DNA from: Octopus vulgaris
Lineage: Eukaryota
Direction: 5' to 3'
NCBI GenBank assembly: GCA_951406725.2
Contig: OX597836.1
Span: forward strand, 31,868,001-31,932,000
DNA: 64,000 nucleotides
Each line of letters begins with the position of its first letter. Position 1 is the stretch's first letter. Shown piece by piece: positions 36,916 to 49,130 of this stretch. The position numbers were made by a program, and so were the translations under genes. The notes below the pieces were generated by a model. The model did no database searches and had not been told where the DNA came from. It saw only the letters and a program-made list of their open reading frames with translations.

Positions 36916-37012
36916 ATTATTATTATTATTATTATAATCATCATCATCATTATTACTATTGTCTTCATCATCATCCTCATCATCCTCATCATCAATATTA
37001 ATATTATTATTA
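36738..37012. repeat. (ATT)n/(ATC)n compound microsatellite
   Basis: Seen directly. Confidence 0.97.
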
Positions 37013-37631
37013 TGCAAAGTGTAGCATTTATTTATTACTTTTTAACTATCCTCTGATGCCATATTACCTGCAGATTCCATGTGTATTTTTCTCAGCCGCA
37101 CTTTTGCAGCGAGATATAATTGCAGTGGGTGTTTGGTGATTTATAATCTTTACTTTCTTGCTGTCAGCGGATAAAGATGATCGTCCTCACCGCTGCCATT
37201 ATCCCTGCCACCACTACCATAAATGTGTGTGTGTGTGTGTGTGTGTGCATGGACTTTTCTGTCATAGATGACAGATGTATGTTCTGCGGTTTCTTGGATA
37301 ACTTGCACAGAGGATTTGTGTATTGTGATCAAATGCTTGTGCTGCATATTAGCTCTCTCTCTCTCCTTCCCCCAAACCAACATTGACTTGACTGGTGAAC
37401 ACAAGTGTGCAACACACAAGTGTGCAACACACAATACCGATAAGCATTTCACCTGGTGTGCTAACGTTTCTGCCAGCTTGCCACTTTGCTGAAAGAAAAA
37501 TATTGAGATTAAATGTATAATAGAATAGATCTGTTGCATACATACATCCAATCCATGCAAATCTAAGGGGAAAAAAAGTATCAATGATTAGGATTCTTTT
37601 ATGAATGTAGAACTAATGAGTGAGAATTTGA

Positions 37632-39198
37632 CATCATCATTATCATCATCATCGTTTAGCATCCGTTTTCCATGCTGGCATGGATTGGACGGTTTTACTG
37701 AGCTCTGGACAGCCAGTGGCTGCACCAGGCTCCAATCTGATCTGGCAAGTTTTCTACAGCTAGATGCCCTTCCTAATGCCAACCACTCAGAGAGTGTAGT
37801 GGGTACTTTTTATGTGCCACTGGCGCAGGAGCCAGTCAGAGGGTACTAGCATCGATCACATTTAGATAGTGCTTTTTACATGCCACTGGCACAGGAGCCA
37901 GCCAGTGGGTACTGGCATCAGCCATGTTGAGATGGTCCTTTTTATGTGCCACTGGCACAGGAGCCCGTCAGGCAATCCTGGCATCAATCCCATTTGGATA
38001 ATGCGTTTTACATGCTACTGGCATGGGAGCCAATCAGAGGGCACAGGCATCAGCCACGTTCAGATGGTGCTTTTTACATGCCACCAGCATGGTAGCCAGC
38101 CAGTCAGGCAGGCCTGGCATCGATCATATTCGGATAGTGCTTTTTACATGCCAGCAGCACAGGACCTAGTCAGGCGGGCCTGGCATCGATCATGTTCAGA
38201 TAGTGCTTTTTACATGCCACTAGCACAGGAGCTAGTCAGGGGGCACAGGCATCGGTCCCATTCGGATAGTGCTTTTTACATGCCAGCAGCACAGGACCTA
38301 GTCAGGGGCCACAGGCATCGATCACGTTCAGATAGTGCCTTTTACATGCCACCAGCACAGGACCTAGTCAGGCGGGCCTGGCATCGATCACGTTCAAATA
38401 GTGCTTTTTACATGCCACTAGCACAGGACCTAGTCAGGGGGCACAGGCATCGACCACGTTCAGATAGTGCTTTTTACATGCCACTAGCACAGGACCTAGT
38501 CAGGCGGGCCTGGCATCGACCACGTTCAGATAGTGCTTTTTACATGCCACTAGCACAGGCCCTAGTCAGGGGGCACAGGCATCGATCACGTTCAGATAGT
38601 GCTTTTTACATGCCAGCAGCACAGGACCTAGTCAGGCGGGCCTGGCATCGATCACGTTCAGATAGTGCTTTTTACATGCCACTAGCACAGGAGCTAGTCA
38701 GGGGGCACAGGCATCGATCATATTCGGATAGTGCTTTTTACATGCCACTAGCACAGGACCTAGTCAGGGGGCACAGGCATCGATCACGTTCAGATAGTGC
38801 CTTTTACATGCCACTAGCACAGGACCTAGTCAGGCGGGCCTGGCATCGGTCCCATTCGGATAGTGCTTTTTACATGCCACTAGCACAGGCCCTAGTCAGG
38901 GGGCACAGGCATCGATCACGTTCAGATAGTGCTTTTTACATGCCACTAGCACAGGACCTAGTCAGGGGGCACAGGCATCGATCACGTTCAGATAGTGCTT
39001 TTTACATGCCACTAGCACAGGACCTAGTCAGGGGGCACAGGCATCGATCATGTTCAGATAGTGCTTTTTACATGCCACTAGCACAGGAACTAGTCAGGGG
39101 GCACAGGCATCGATCATATTCGGATAGTGCTTTTCACATACCACCAGCACAGGAGCCAGTCAGGCATCCCTGGCATCGATCACATTTGGATAGTGCTT
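37632..39198 (-). mobile_element. Family D element with an expanded internal 66-bp tandem array (~21 units, ~16 homogeneous)
   Basis: The family D tail at 37632-37800 leads directly into units GGCATCGATCACGTTCAGATAGTGCTTTTTACATGCCACTAGCACAGGACCTAGTCAGGGGGCACA. Confidence 0.92.
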
Positions 39199-40107
39199 GA
39201 TTATAAAATATTGACAATATAAAATATTCTAATCATTGGAATAAATTACTCCAGTATGTTTTAAAAGATACAAACTATAATTAATGATACTGGAATGTAA
39301 TAGAAACTGACAGTAAGTGAAGAGATGTTTTATTACATTGGGATATTTTTCATGAAAAATTAATTGACATTGTCAACAGTTTTAGACATGAAATTTTTAA
39401 TGACTACTGTAAAAAAATTGTTGAAATCAAAATGAAAAAATTAAATTATGCTTAATTAAAGATTTTCTAATTTTAGTTATTAATTTGCTGAAAATTAACT
39501 CTCAATAAGAAATGCAACTCTTGTTTTATATCGGAAAAAAAAACCCACTCCAAAATGTATTAATCATTTTTAAATGCTCTGGGTTAATGATAATAAATTT
39601 ATGGTAATACTTAAAATATAATTAGAATAATACTCCAGAATCGTGGCTGTGTGGTAAGAAGTTTGCTTCCCAACCACAGTGTTCTAGGTTCAGTCCCACT
39701 GCATGGCATGTTGGACAAGTGTGTTTTACTATAGCCTTCGGTTGACCAAAGCCTTGTGAGTGGATTTGGTAGACAGAAATTGAAAGAGGCTTCTGTGTGT
39801 CTGTCTCCAACCATTGCTTAACAACCAGTGTTGGTGTGTTTATGTCCCAATAACTTAGCAGTTCAGGAAAAGAGACCAGTAGAATAAGTACCAGGCTTAA
39901 AAAAACAATTCTGGGCACAATTTGTTCAACTAAATATTCTTCAAAGTGGTGCCCCAGCATGGCCGTAGTCTAATCACTGAAACCAGTAAAAAAAAAATTG
40001 AGCAAATGAAAAGTCAAAAGAACAAGAAATTCAAAGAATCTTGAAAATATTTTCCCTTCAAAAGTGAAATATATCTCAAGTAATTTGAAGTGAAACTAAA
40101 TTTTAGT

Positions 40108-40870
40108 TATCATATTTGCCAGCGTATAAGATGCAGCTTTTATTTTTAAATCTGTCAAACAGTTGTTCTGCATCTAATATGGCTGTATTATGGAAGGGTG
40201 ACAAAATGTCAAAGGTTAGAAAGCCAAATAAGCATGTCTGCTAGGCATGGTAATTGTTACTTATAATTAAATATTGAAAACAAGCCAAAATATCAGTTTG
40301 TTTGCACAAACATACGAAAAATTGCTTATGGTATATTGGCATGAACAACCCACACCTGATACGTGTCTTATATAATTTACAGACTTTGTCACCTTTAAGA
40401 AACATTTTTTTTAATTATCTATAAGAAAAATTCTTGCCTGTCAGCTATTTACAATGAACGTGCTGCTCTGGAGTTTGATAGTAGTTATATAACAACATGG
40501 CCACAAATATTAGTTTTATATCCTGTATGGCAATTTTGTTGACAAAAATATAAACAACTCTGCAACTGATCTGAAAGAAGATAAAGCTGAAATACAGTAC
40601 TTATATACTGGAATAAAGTTTGAAGCCGTAATTTTATAATAAATAAAATTATGGTTTTATATTTTATTCCAGTATTCTGTCACAACATTGCATTTACATG
40701 CACAGAATTTTCCTGGCAAAACCACTTTAAAATATCTTTCAATAATGATACGATATTCTTTTATTTTTTTTATTCTTTTATATGTTTCAGTTTAATGACT
40801 GTGGTCTTTTTTTTCCCACAAAATATGCTCGCAAAATGGAGATGCATCTTATGCACTGGCAAATACAGTA
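40108..40870. mobile_element. Old pogo/Tc2-type non-autonomous DNA transposon
   Basis: TA-TCATATTTGCCAGCGTATAAGATGCA at left and TGCATCTTATGCACTGGCAAATACAG-TA at right, consistent with CpG-decayed CCGTATTTGCCGGCGTATAAGACGCA TIRs. Confidence 0.65.
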
Positions 40871-41849
40871 ATTGCCAAAAGTCAAGGCAGTTCACTTGTT
40901 AGCTTTTAAAGCTCCTGGAGACCCATTCCTTTTCCAATAACTTTATAATGTCACCATAACTAAATCAATAAGGCATCGAATTTTAGTCGAAACAAATAAA
41001 TTGTGATGATTTTCAAATAATATAGAAAAAATATCGTTTTGTGCACTGATGCTAATAAAAATCATTGTGTACACTGAGGTTGATAAAAAAAAGAAAAGAA
41101 AACATTTTATTCTTTTTCTTGTTTCAGTTATTCAATAGTAGCCATGCTGGAGCACCACTTTCATAGGTTTAGTTGAACAAACTGACTCTAGTACATTTTT
41201 TTTTAAAGTCTGGTTACTTATTCTGCCAGATATTTTGTTGAACTTCTAAGTAACAGGGATATAAACTAGCCAACATCGTTGTGAAGTATTGGTTGGGGAT
41301 AAATACAAACACAAAGACACACACACAAGCACATGCGCGCACACACACATCCACATGCGCACACACACACACAAACACACACACTCACACAGATGATCTT
41401 CTTTCAGTTTCTCTTGACCAAATCCACTCACAAGGCATTGGTCAACCAGGAGCTATTGTAGTTCACTCCCTTGCACTTGCACTCAGACCAAGTCCCTGGT
41501 TTGAGGATAACTTCTTCCCTTCTTCCAACTAGCCTTGGAGGCCCCGAAAAGAAAAAAAAGGTTATGAATGCTTCTGACAAAGTGTTAATCAAACTAAACT
41601 GTATGAGGTTAAAACACATTTGTTTTATTGTAGAACTAATGAGGTAATAAGCATTAAAATATCTTGTATCTCTGTAAGGCCACCATTTCATCTTGCATTG
41701 AATATAAGTTTCAAATTTTGGCACAAGGCCAGCAATTTTGGGGGAGGATCAATAGTTTATTTGCAGCACTTTAACAATTATATACTATAGTAAATAATAT
41801 ATAATACACACACACATATATATATAATATCGTGTTCAACTGAATAATA

Positions 41850-41874
41850 AATAATAAATAATAAATAATATATA

Positions 41875-41918
<44 letters not shown>

Positions 41919-42214
41919 GACATCATCAATGGTGCAAATAATGCAAAATATGTAAACAAATGAGTTAAATACATAAACAACAAGGAAAAAAATTTAAAAA
42001 AACATTGTCATTGAATGCTTGAAATGAAGAGTAGACAGACAGCTGACAACTGATGAAGGGTCCTTCTTCTGTGTTTACTTGTCCTCTTTTCCATTTTTTC
42101 TCGTTGCTTACGTATTTAACTCGTTTGTTCATATATTTCATGTTGTTTGCACCATTGGTGATGTCCTGTACTCATACATGCATATATATATATTATATAT
42201 TATTTACTATTTAT

Positions 42215-42216
<2 letters not shown>
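41850..42216. repeat. Imperfect long inverted repeat in (TA)n (Penelope-like inverted remnant)
   Basis: TACAGGACATCATCAATGGTGCAAA... (41913-41990) versus ...TTTGCACCATTGGTGATGTCCTGTA (42094-42170). A related fragment lies at 50735-50860. Confidence 0.7.
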
Positions 42217-42298
<82 letters not shown>

Positions 42299-42415
42299 TA
42301 GTACGTTTAAATATTTGTTGTGCAAGAATTTTTATGTGAAGTCGTGTGTTGAAACAGATATTGTTATATTTCGGAATGGTCATATTGCATATATATATAT
42401 ATACGTGATATATAT

Positions 42416-42496
<81 letters not shown>

Positions 42497-43242
42497 AATG
42501 AGTATATGTATGTATGTATTTAAGCACACACACACACATGCACACATGTGTCTAATTTCTGTTGATTTGCCGAAACACTCATTACAAGCTACAAGAACGT
42601 TGCATTATTCAAAACAGCAGTTGTTTGAATATATAAATATAAGTAAAATTATCGGTAGACGTCTTTCAAAATTACTAAATCTTTCATTTCCCATAATACC
42701 TTATGCATAAAAGGCACCTGATTGTAGATTTAGATTATGCATAAACAAAGAAAAGTTTTGAATTGCACACAAGTTTATGTTTACAATATTATTGACTTGC
42801 CTAAGCTTATGCTAAAAAAAAAAAAATTTCATGTTTTTTTTTTGGTTGTTATTTGACTAAATATTGTAAAAGAGAAGTTTGTTACTGTTTTTCTTGTTTC
42901 CTCCTCATTGTATTATGATTAAAGCTAAAAGCAGTTTCAATATGTTTTCTGATTAGTGTATCAGACTTGCATTTGTTTTCCTTCTCAAAGAAAAAAAATT
43001 TTAACAATTGTATTGAATTCTTTCATTGGAAATGATTTTTCTTTTTTTCTTTTATTTTTTTTTGCTTGCATCTCAGCTGCGTCTCTTCCCTCTTGACCAT
43101 CATACTATATACATTCTGGTATACAAATCAAAATTTTTCAAACTAAAATTTCCAGCCCAAAAATGTAGGCCAGCTTAAACACCGAGACAACTTTGGAAAG
43201 CGAAAAATTCCAGTTGAATGCAGCAAGATTTGGAAAGATATA

Positions 43243-43718
43243 GACAGGAGTGGCTGAGTGGTAAGTATAGGTGCAGGTGTGGCTGTGTGGTAAGTAGCTT
43301 GCTTATCAACCACATGGTTCTGGGTTCAGTCCCACTGTGTGGCACCTTGGGCAAGTGTCTTCTACTATAACCTCCGGCCGACCAAAACCTTGTGAGTGGA
43401 TTTGGTAGACGGAAACTGAAAGAAGCCTGTTGTATATACTCTCGTTTTTTTACTCTCTTTTACTTGTTTCAGTCATTTGACTGTGGCCATGCTGGAGCAC
43501 CACCTTTTGTATGTGTGTCTGTGTTTGTCCCCCCACCATGACTTGACAACCGATGGTGGTGTGTTTACTTCCCCATAACTTAGCGATTCGGCAAAAGAGA
43601 CTGATAGAATAAGTACTAGGCTTACAAAGAATAAATCCTGGGGTCGATTTACTCGACTAAAGGCGGTACTCCAGCATGGCCACAGTCAAATGACTGAAAC
43701 AAGTAAAAGAGTAAAAGA
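43243..43718 (+). mobile_element. SINE family A with duplicated head and an inverted family A tail inserted internally
   Basis: 43450-43507 is the reverse complement of 43659-43716. Confidence 0.88.
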
Positions 43719-43743
43719 CAATGTCTGAATGGTTACACTACAT

Positions 43744-43975
43744 CAGAGATTCTTGACCAGGGTCCAACTGACCCTTGGGGGTCTATACAAGATTTTGTTA
43801 TCAAAATCTATAAGCAATGAATTGGTTATACTTCTACAATCCACAAAATACTTCAACAATTTTTATTTACATTATTACAAAAATATGATTTTGTTAACAA
43901 TGAATAACTAGGAGAGTCTGTCAGTAAAATAGAAACCAGAGGGGTCCTTAGACAAGAAATGGTTGAGAAATACTG
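43744..43975. mobile_element. hAT-type MITE
   Basis: CAGAGATTCTTGACC...GGTTGAGAAATACTG termini (CAG/CTG); 8-bp flanks CACTACAT and CATTACAT match at 7 of 8 positions. Confidence 0.75.
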
Positions 43976-44441
43976 CATTACATGTTTACACTATATTCTA
44001 TGTTGACTTGTATATCAGAAAACACAATATGAATGGTCTCAATTATTTGCCATAACCTAATATCATACACTACTTTCCAGCACTCAATCAAACAAGAAGC
44101 CCAAATGTGTTTACAAAATTGGCCAAGTCAGACAAATTATACTAGAAAACTTATAACTGTTTGCTTTCTAACACAATCTACACAATCTACAACACATACA
44201 AAAAATCCCAAAATGCTATCAATACTATTTTTGTCAAAGAGTGATAAATTTGTACTCTACCAAATGCATTGAGTAAATCTCCAATTTAATGTAAAATTGT
44301 CTCTATTATACCATAAAAACAAACATTAATATATACATATATATAAATTTACATCTAATGTAGGATAAAATTTTTTCGAAAAAAAAATTTTATCAATGGC
44401 CAGCATATTAAAAAATTCCATTAAAGGTTAAATTTATAAAC

Positions 44442-44777
44442 AACTTATAAATAACGGCAAATGAAAAAATTTCAAATGTCAAATATGCCGAAATTAGACA
44501 CATTGTCCATAACCATATAATTTATCACAATAAGCATGCTACTTGAAAAAGGTCGACAGAAATCTCTAAAAAAATTCCATTATTACCATATCAGACCGAT
44601 TTCAGGGTTGGTTCATAAGAACCCTCCCTTCGTCAGTGATAAATATGGCTAAAGAAATAAATGAAATACTTACTCATACCCATGCTTGTTGTGATAAATT
44701 ATATGGTTATGGACAATGTGTCTAATTTCGGCATATTTGGCATTTGAAATTTTTTCGTTTGCCCTTATTTATAAGTT
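44442..44777. repeat. ~96-bp near-perfect inverted repeat with 143-bp loop (Penelope-like inverted pseudo-LTR)
   Basis: 44442-44537 versus 44681-44777, with only a few mismatches. Confidence 0.9.
44589..44641 (-). ncRNA. Putative minimal type I hammerhead ribozyme
   Basis: Minus strand: UAUCA-CUGACGA-AGGG(AG)GGUUC[UUAU]GAACC(AA)CCCU-GAAA-UCG-GUC-UGAUA. The catalytic core is complete, with 5-bp stem I, 4+5-bp stem II, GUC cleavage triplet and near-palindromic stem III. Confidence 0.75.
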
Positions 44778-44800
44778 ATATATATATATATATCCATATA

Positions 44801-45241
44801 GGGCACGTAACAAACACCATCCGAGCGTGGCCGTTCGCCAGCCTCGTCTGGCACCTGTGTCGGTGGCACATAAGAAAACCCCATCCGAGTGTGGCTGTCT
44901 GCCAGCCTCGTCTGGCACCTGTGTCGGTGGCACATAAAAAACACCATCCGAGCATGGCCGTCTGCCAGCCTCGTCTGGCACCTGTGTCGGTGGCACATAA
45001 AAAACACCATCCGAGCGTGGCCGTCTGCCAGCCTCGTCTGGCACCTGTGTCGGTGGCACATAAAATCACCCACTACACTCTCGGAGTGGTTGGCGTTAGG
45101 AAGGGCATCTAGCTGTAGAAACACTGCCAGATCTGACTGGCCTGGTGCAGCCTTCGGGCTTGCCAGACCCCAGTTGAACCGTCCAACCCATGCTAGCATG
45201 GAAAGCGGACGTTAAACGATGATGATGATGATGATGATGAT
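44801..45241 (+). mobile_element. Family D element with four 63-64 bp internal units and (GAT)n tail
   Basis: CCATCCGAG unit starts at 44817, 44881, 44944 and 45007; tail GGACGTTAAACGATGATG. Confidence 0.9.
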
Positions 45242-46809
45242 AAATAATCTAAATAATAAGACAAAGAAAGACTTTCACACATCTTTAATGATCAATTACA
45301 ATTGTTTCTATACCAACTCTGCTTTCAATGCCAGTTTATGCAAAAAGTTCAAAGTGAAGATGTATATAATATTTACGGCTTTAGACATTAGAGTGGCACT
45401 TCATCAGACTTGCAATAACGCTGTATTCTTTTATTCATCTACTTGTTTCAGTCATTTGACTGTGCCCATGCTGGAGTATCACTTAGAAGTGTTTTTGTTG
45501 AACAATTTGATCCCAGGACTTATTTTTAAGTCTAGTACTTATTCTGTCTCTTTGCTGAACTGCTAAGTTACGGAGATGTAAACACACCAACACCGGTTAT
45601 TAAGTAACGATGGGGGGGGGCAAACACAGACACAAAGACATGCATATACACACACACACACATATATGTGATGGGCTTCTTTCAGTTTCTATCTACCAAA
45701 TTCACTCACAAGGCTTTGGTCAGCCCAAGGCTATAGTAGAAGACACTTAGCCAAGGTGCCACATAGTGGAACTGAACCCAGAACCATGTGGTTGGGAAGC
45801 AAGCTTCTTACCAGAGAGAGAGAGAGAGAAAGAGAGAGGTGGAGGAGAGAGAGAGAGATTATCAGTGAAACTGCGTGGGTGACACTGTTATACTCTTATC
45901 ATTTAATCCCAGTTTTAAATCAACCCTATCAGTAAATAAAGGCTGTCAGTTTGTTTGTAGAAATCCAAAGAAATATGACAACTGGAGGCAGAGGGATCAG
46001 CTCCAGCACTTGACAGGTACTCATTTCACTTGAGCTTATTGCAGTGTAAGGTGAAGTACCTTGCTTGAGGCCACAACACGTTCCTGCTGCGCTTGTAATC
46101 AAACCCACGTTCTTATGATCACGGGTCTAACACATTAGCTACAAGACTATGCACCTTTATGTGAAAATACCAAGTGTAAAGTAAACTTTATTGAATACAT
46201 TACTTCTTTCTGTGATTCGTTATGTTATCACTAATTAACGAGACTCTAGACAGTGTCAAAAAACAAACAAACAAACAAAAAGAAAAATTAGAAATTTAAC
46301 TTGGTACTTTATCACAGAGAAAGTACTAATAATTCATTTCTATCAGTATGGAATTTTATCTTTCAAGTAAATCATTGCATGTACAACATTTTATCTACCG
46401 ACAGGATCAATAGTTTATTTGTAGCACTTGTGCAAAATATCTCTAATGCTTTAGAAATTCAATTAGCATAAATTTTTCTTTTCTTACTCATAAAACACCT
46501 GATTCTAAATAATTTTCATGAAGTAATAAATTGTTTGGTATAAGAAATTTACAACCAAGATAGTTCCTTTTCTTTGTGCGATCATTTTTATATGCAAATT
46601 TTGTATTTGTTTTCAGATTTATTTAATAACTTTCTGTTATCTGATACTAATTATTATTATTATTATTATTTTATTTTTTTTTCTCACCTTTATTTTTGTT
46701 CATCATTCTTTAGAAACTAGCGTTAATAGCAGACAACATACATTTCTGTCCAGTCAATAGTTCCTCAAATATTTGCTGCTGATTACAGTGCCAATATATC
46801 ATAGTTAAA

Positions 46810-47303
46810 TATTGGGTTGCCTAGAAAGTTTGTGCCAATTTTTAAAGGAAAGAAAAAGGTCAATAAATACTTGTCATTACATTTTTAATCAACCAAATAT
46901 GAACTATTCTGTTGCACAATGCATCTCCATCTTTCCTTTAACTTGAAAATACCCTCTTCCCAGAATTGAGGATGGTTTCAAGGTATCTTTTTACGTCAGC
47001 CAAGGAATTGAAATTTTTACCATTAAGACTATTCTGTAATGACCTGAATAAGTGGAAATCCAAAGGAGCAATATCTGGTGAATATGGAGGGTGGAGCAAC
47101 ACATCCCAGCTGAGCTGCAGCAATTTTTGTCTGGTTCCCAAAGCATCAAGTGCCGTAAATGAACTTTCTTATCTTCCATTTTAAAGGGTTACAGAATTAA
47201 CACAGGTTATAGGAACATAAACCTTCTTCCACGAAAAGATAGCTTAAACTATGCTCTAAATGGAGGTGTAGTAAAATCTTGTTTTATGGACTCAACCATG
47301 TTC
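46810..47303 (-). mobile_element. Second copy of the internally deleted mariner, left TIR lost
   Basis: Same MEDKKVH...WE / TRQKLLQLSW fusion and HPPYSPDIAPLD motif; right TIR at 46810. Confidence 0.9.
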
Positions 47304-47630
47304 AGATAGTACTTTTTATGTGCCACCGGCATGGGAACCAGTCAGGGAGTACTAGCATTGGTCATGATTGGCTGGTGGTTTTTACATGCCACTTGCATGG
47401 GAGCCAGCCATGCAGACCTAGCATCAATCACATTCTGATTGTGCCTTTTGCGTGCTGCCAGTATGGGATCTAATCTGGGATACTGGCATCGGTCATGATC
47501 AGTTGGTACTTTTTATGTGCCTCTGGTTCAGGAGCCAGTCAGGCAGACCTGGCATCGACCACGTTTGGATGGTGCCTTTTATGTGCCACTGGCATGGGAG
47601 CCAGTCTGGGGGTACTGGCATTGGCCATGG
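47297..47630 (-). repeat. Five diverged ~66-bp family D units
   Basis: Repeated (G/A)CTTTTTATGTGCCAC...GGAGCCAGTCAGG. Confidence 0.8.
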
Positions 47631-48877
47631 CACAAGGCCAGCATACTTGGGGGAAGGCCCAAATCAATTAACTCGACTCCCATAGCTCAACTGGCACTTA
47701 TTTTATCAACCCTGAAAGGAATTGATAAAACCACTACGCCAATATGCCATATGCCCATCTGAAAGGAAAGAAAGGCAAAGTTGACTTTGACAGAATTTGA
47801 ACTCAGAACATAAAGATGGACAAAATGCCACCAAGTATTTTGCATTTTGCCTGGCATTGCTAATGGTTCTGCCAGCTCACCATTTGACCAACATCTCTAA
47901 TATAAGACTGCTTACAGTTTCTTTAACTTATATTTCACACAGGTTTCTGTCTCACAAAAATTTCCCAAAAGATAATTAGTTTGCAGTTCTTGTTTACTTA
48001 TTCCTAAAATATACAACATAAGACTAACAACAACTTAATCTTTATTCTTCAAAATCTTGCCAACCATTTTTCTTTTCCCTCTTTTTTTTTTTCGATCTTG
48101 TCCTTTCATATAAATATTTGTTTTTGAATCCTTTACCAGCTTTCATAATTTCATATGCCACAAATCAATACTGTTGTATATATATAAATATTTAAATACA
48201 AACATATTTTTTTAAAATCATCATTTAGTTTATGCGTATTGAGGCCTTTCAGGAAAACAACATTAAATGTCTGCAGAAATTTTTACTGAAATATATTTTC
48301 CAATTTTTCCCCCACAATTTTATATTTTTCTCATATCTTTTTCATGAAATAAATTAAAATGTGATAAATCTCTTTTTTTTTTTGTTCTTTATTTAAAATA
48401 TGAAATACGGTTTCACAGGTTTCTTTCAAGCAAAACTATCAACTTTGGATGATTCTTAGAAAAATAAATAGCCACACTATCTTTCTACAGAAAGTCTACA
48501 TCAAATTCAGAAAGATATGGTGACACTTGAGGACAGTCATGGACACATGTTTCTGTCTGGATGAGCATCATCAGATTAGCAATTATATTACCTTATCTTC
48601 AGTAGTCGAGGGACCAGCATCCTAGTATAGACTTGGGAGTGTTGCAGTACGAACAAGGACAGAACATAGTAATTGTAGTCATATGTTGAGTTGTTCCCAC
48701 ACCATTTCTGAAAACCAGCCTGACATAACAAGATTTGATAATACCATTGTTAAAGATTACACTGTGCTCACTGTCCAACAGGAAAACTTATTTCTCTAAC
48801 TTCTCTATTGAGTGGAATGGCAGAATTTTTAAATAGTCAATGGTGGGTTTTGTACCACCTTTTTACAGAGCCATACT

Positions 48878-49130
48878 TTTTTTTACATGCCACCGGCACA
48901 GGTGCCAACCAACCATGGCCATTGCCAGCCTCGCCTGGCACCTGTGCTGGTGGCACGTAAAAAGCACCCACTACACTCACGGAGTGGTTGGCATTAGGAA
49001 GGGCATCCAGCTGTAGAAACACTGCCAGATCAGACTGGAGCCTGGTGCAGCCTTCTGGCTTCCCAAATCCTGGTCGAACTGTCCAACCTATGCTAGCATG
49101 GAAAGTGGACGTTAAACGATGATGATGATG
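48878..49130 (+). mobile_element. Family D element, 5'-truncated with an inverted 5' piece
   Basis: Canonical tail; TGCCACCGGCACAGGTGCCA is inverted relative to TGGCACCTGTGCTGGTGGCA. Confidence 0.8.

Noticed and set aside
37869-39200. 443-aa ORF as a protein-coding gene, or the array as CRISPR
   Set aside because: It is a pure 66-bp tandem repeat inside a retroelement, with no unique spacers, no cas genes, a eukaryotic context and a non-ATG (GTG) start.
48592-48707. Possible minus-strand exon (KWCGNNSTYDYNYYVLSLFVLQ...)
   Set aside because: The splice signals are plausible, but the peptide is unrecognisable and could be chance or decayed TE.
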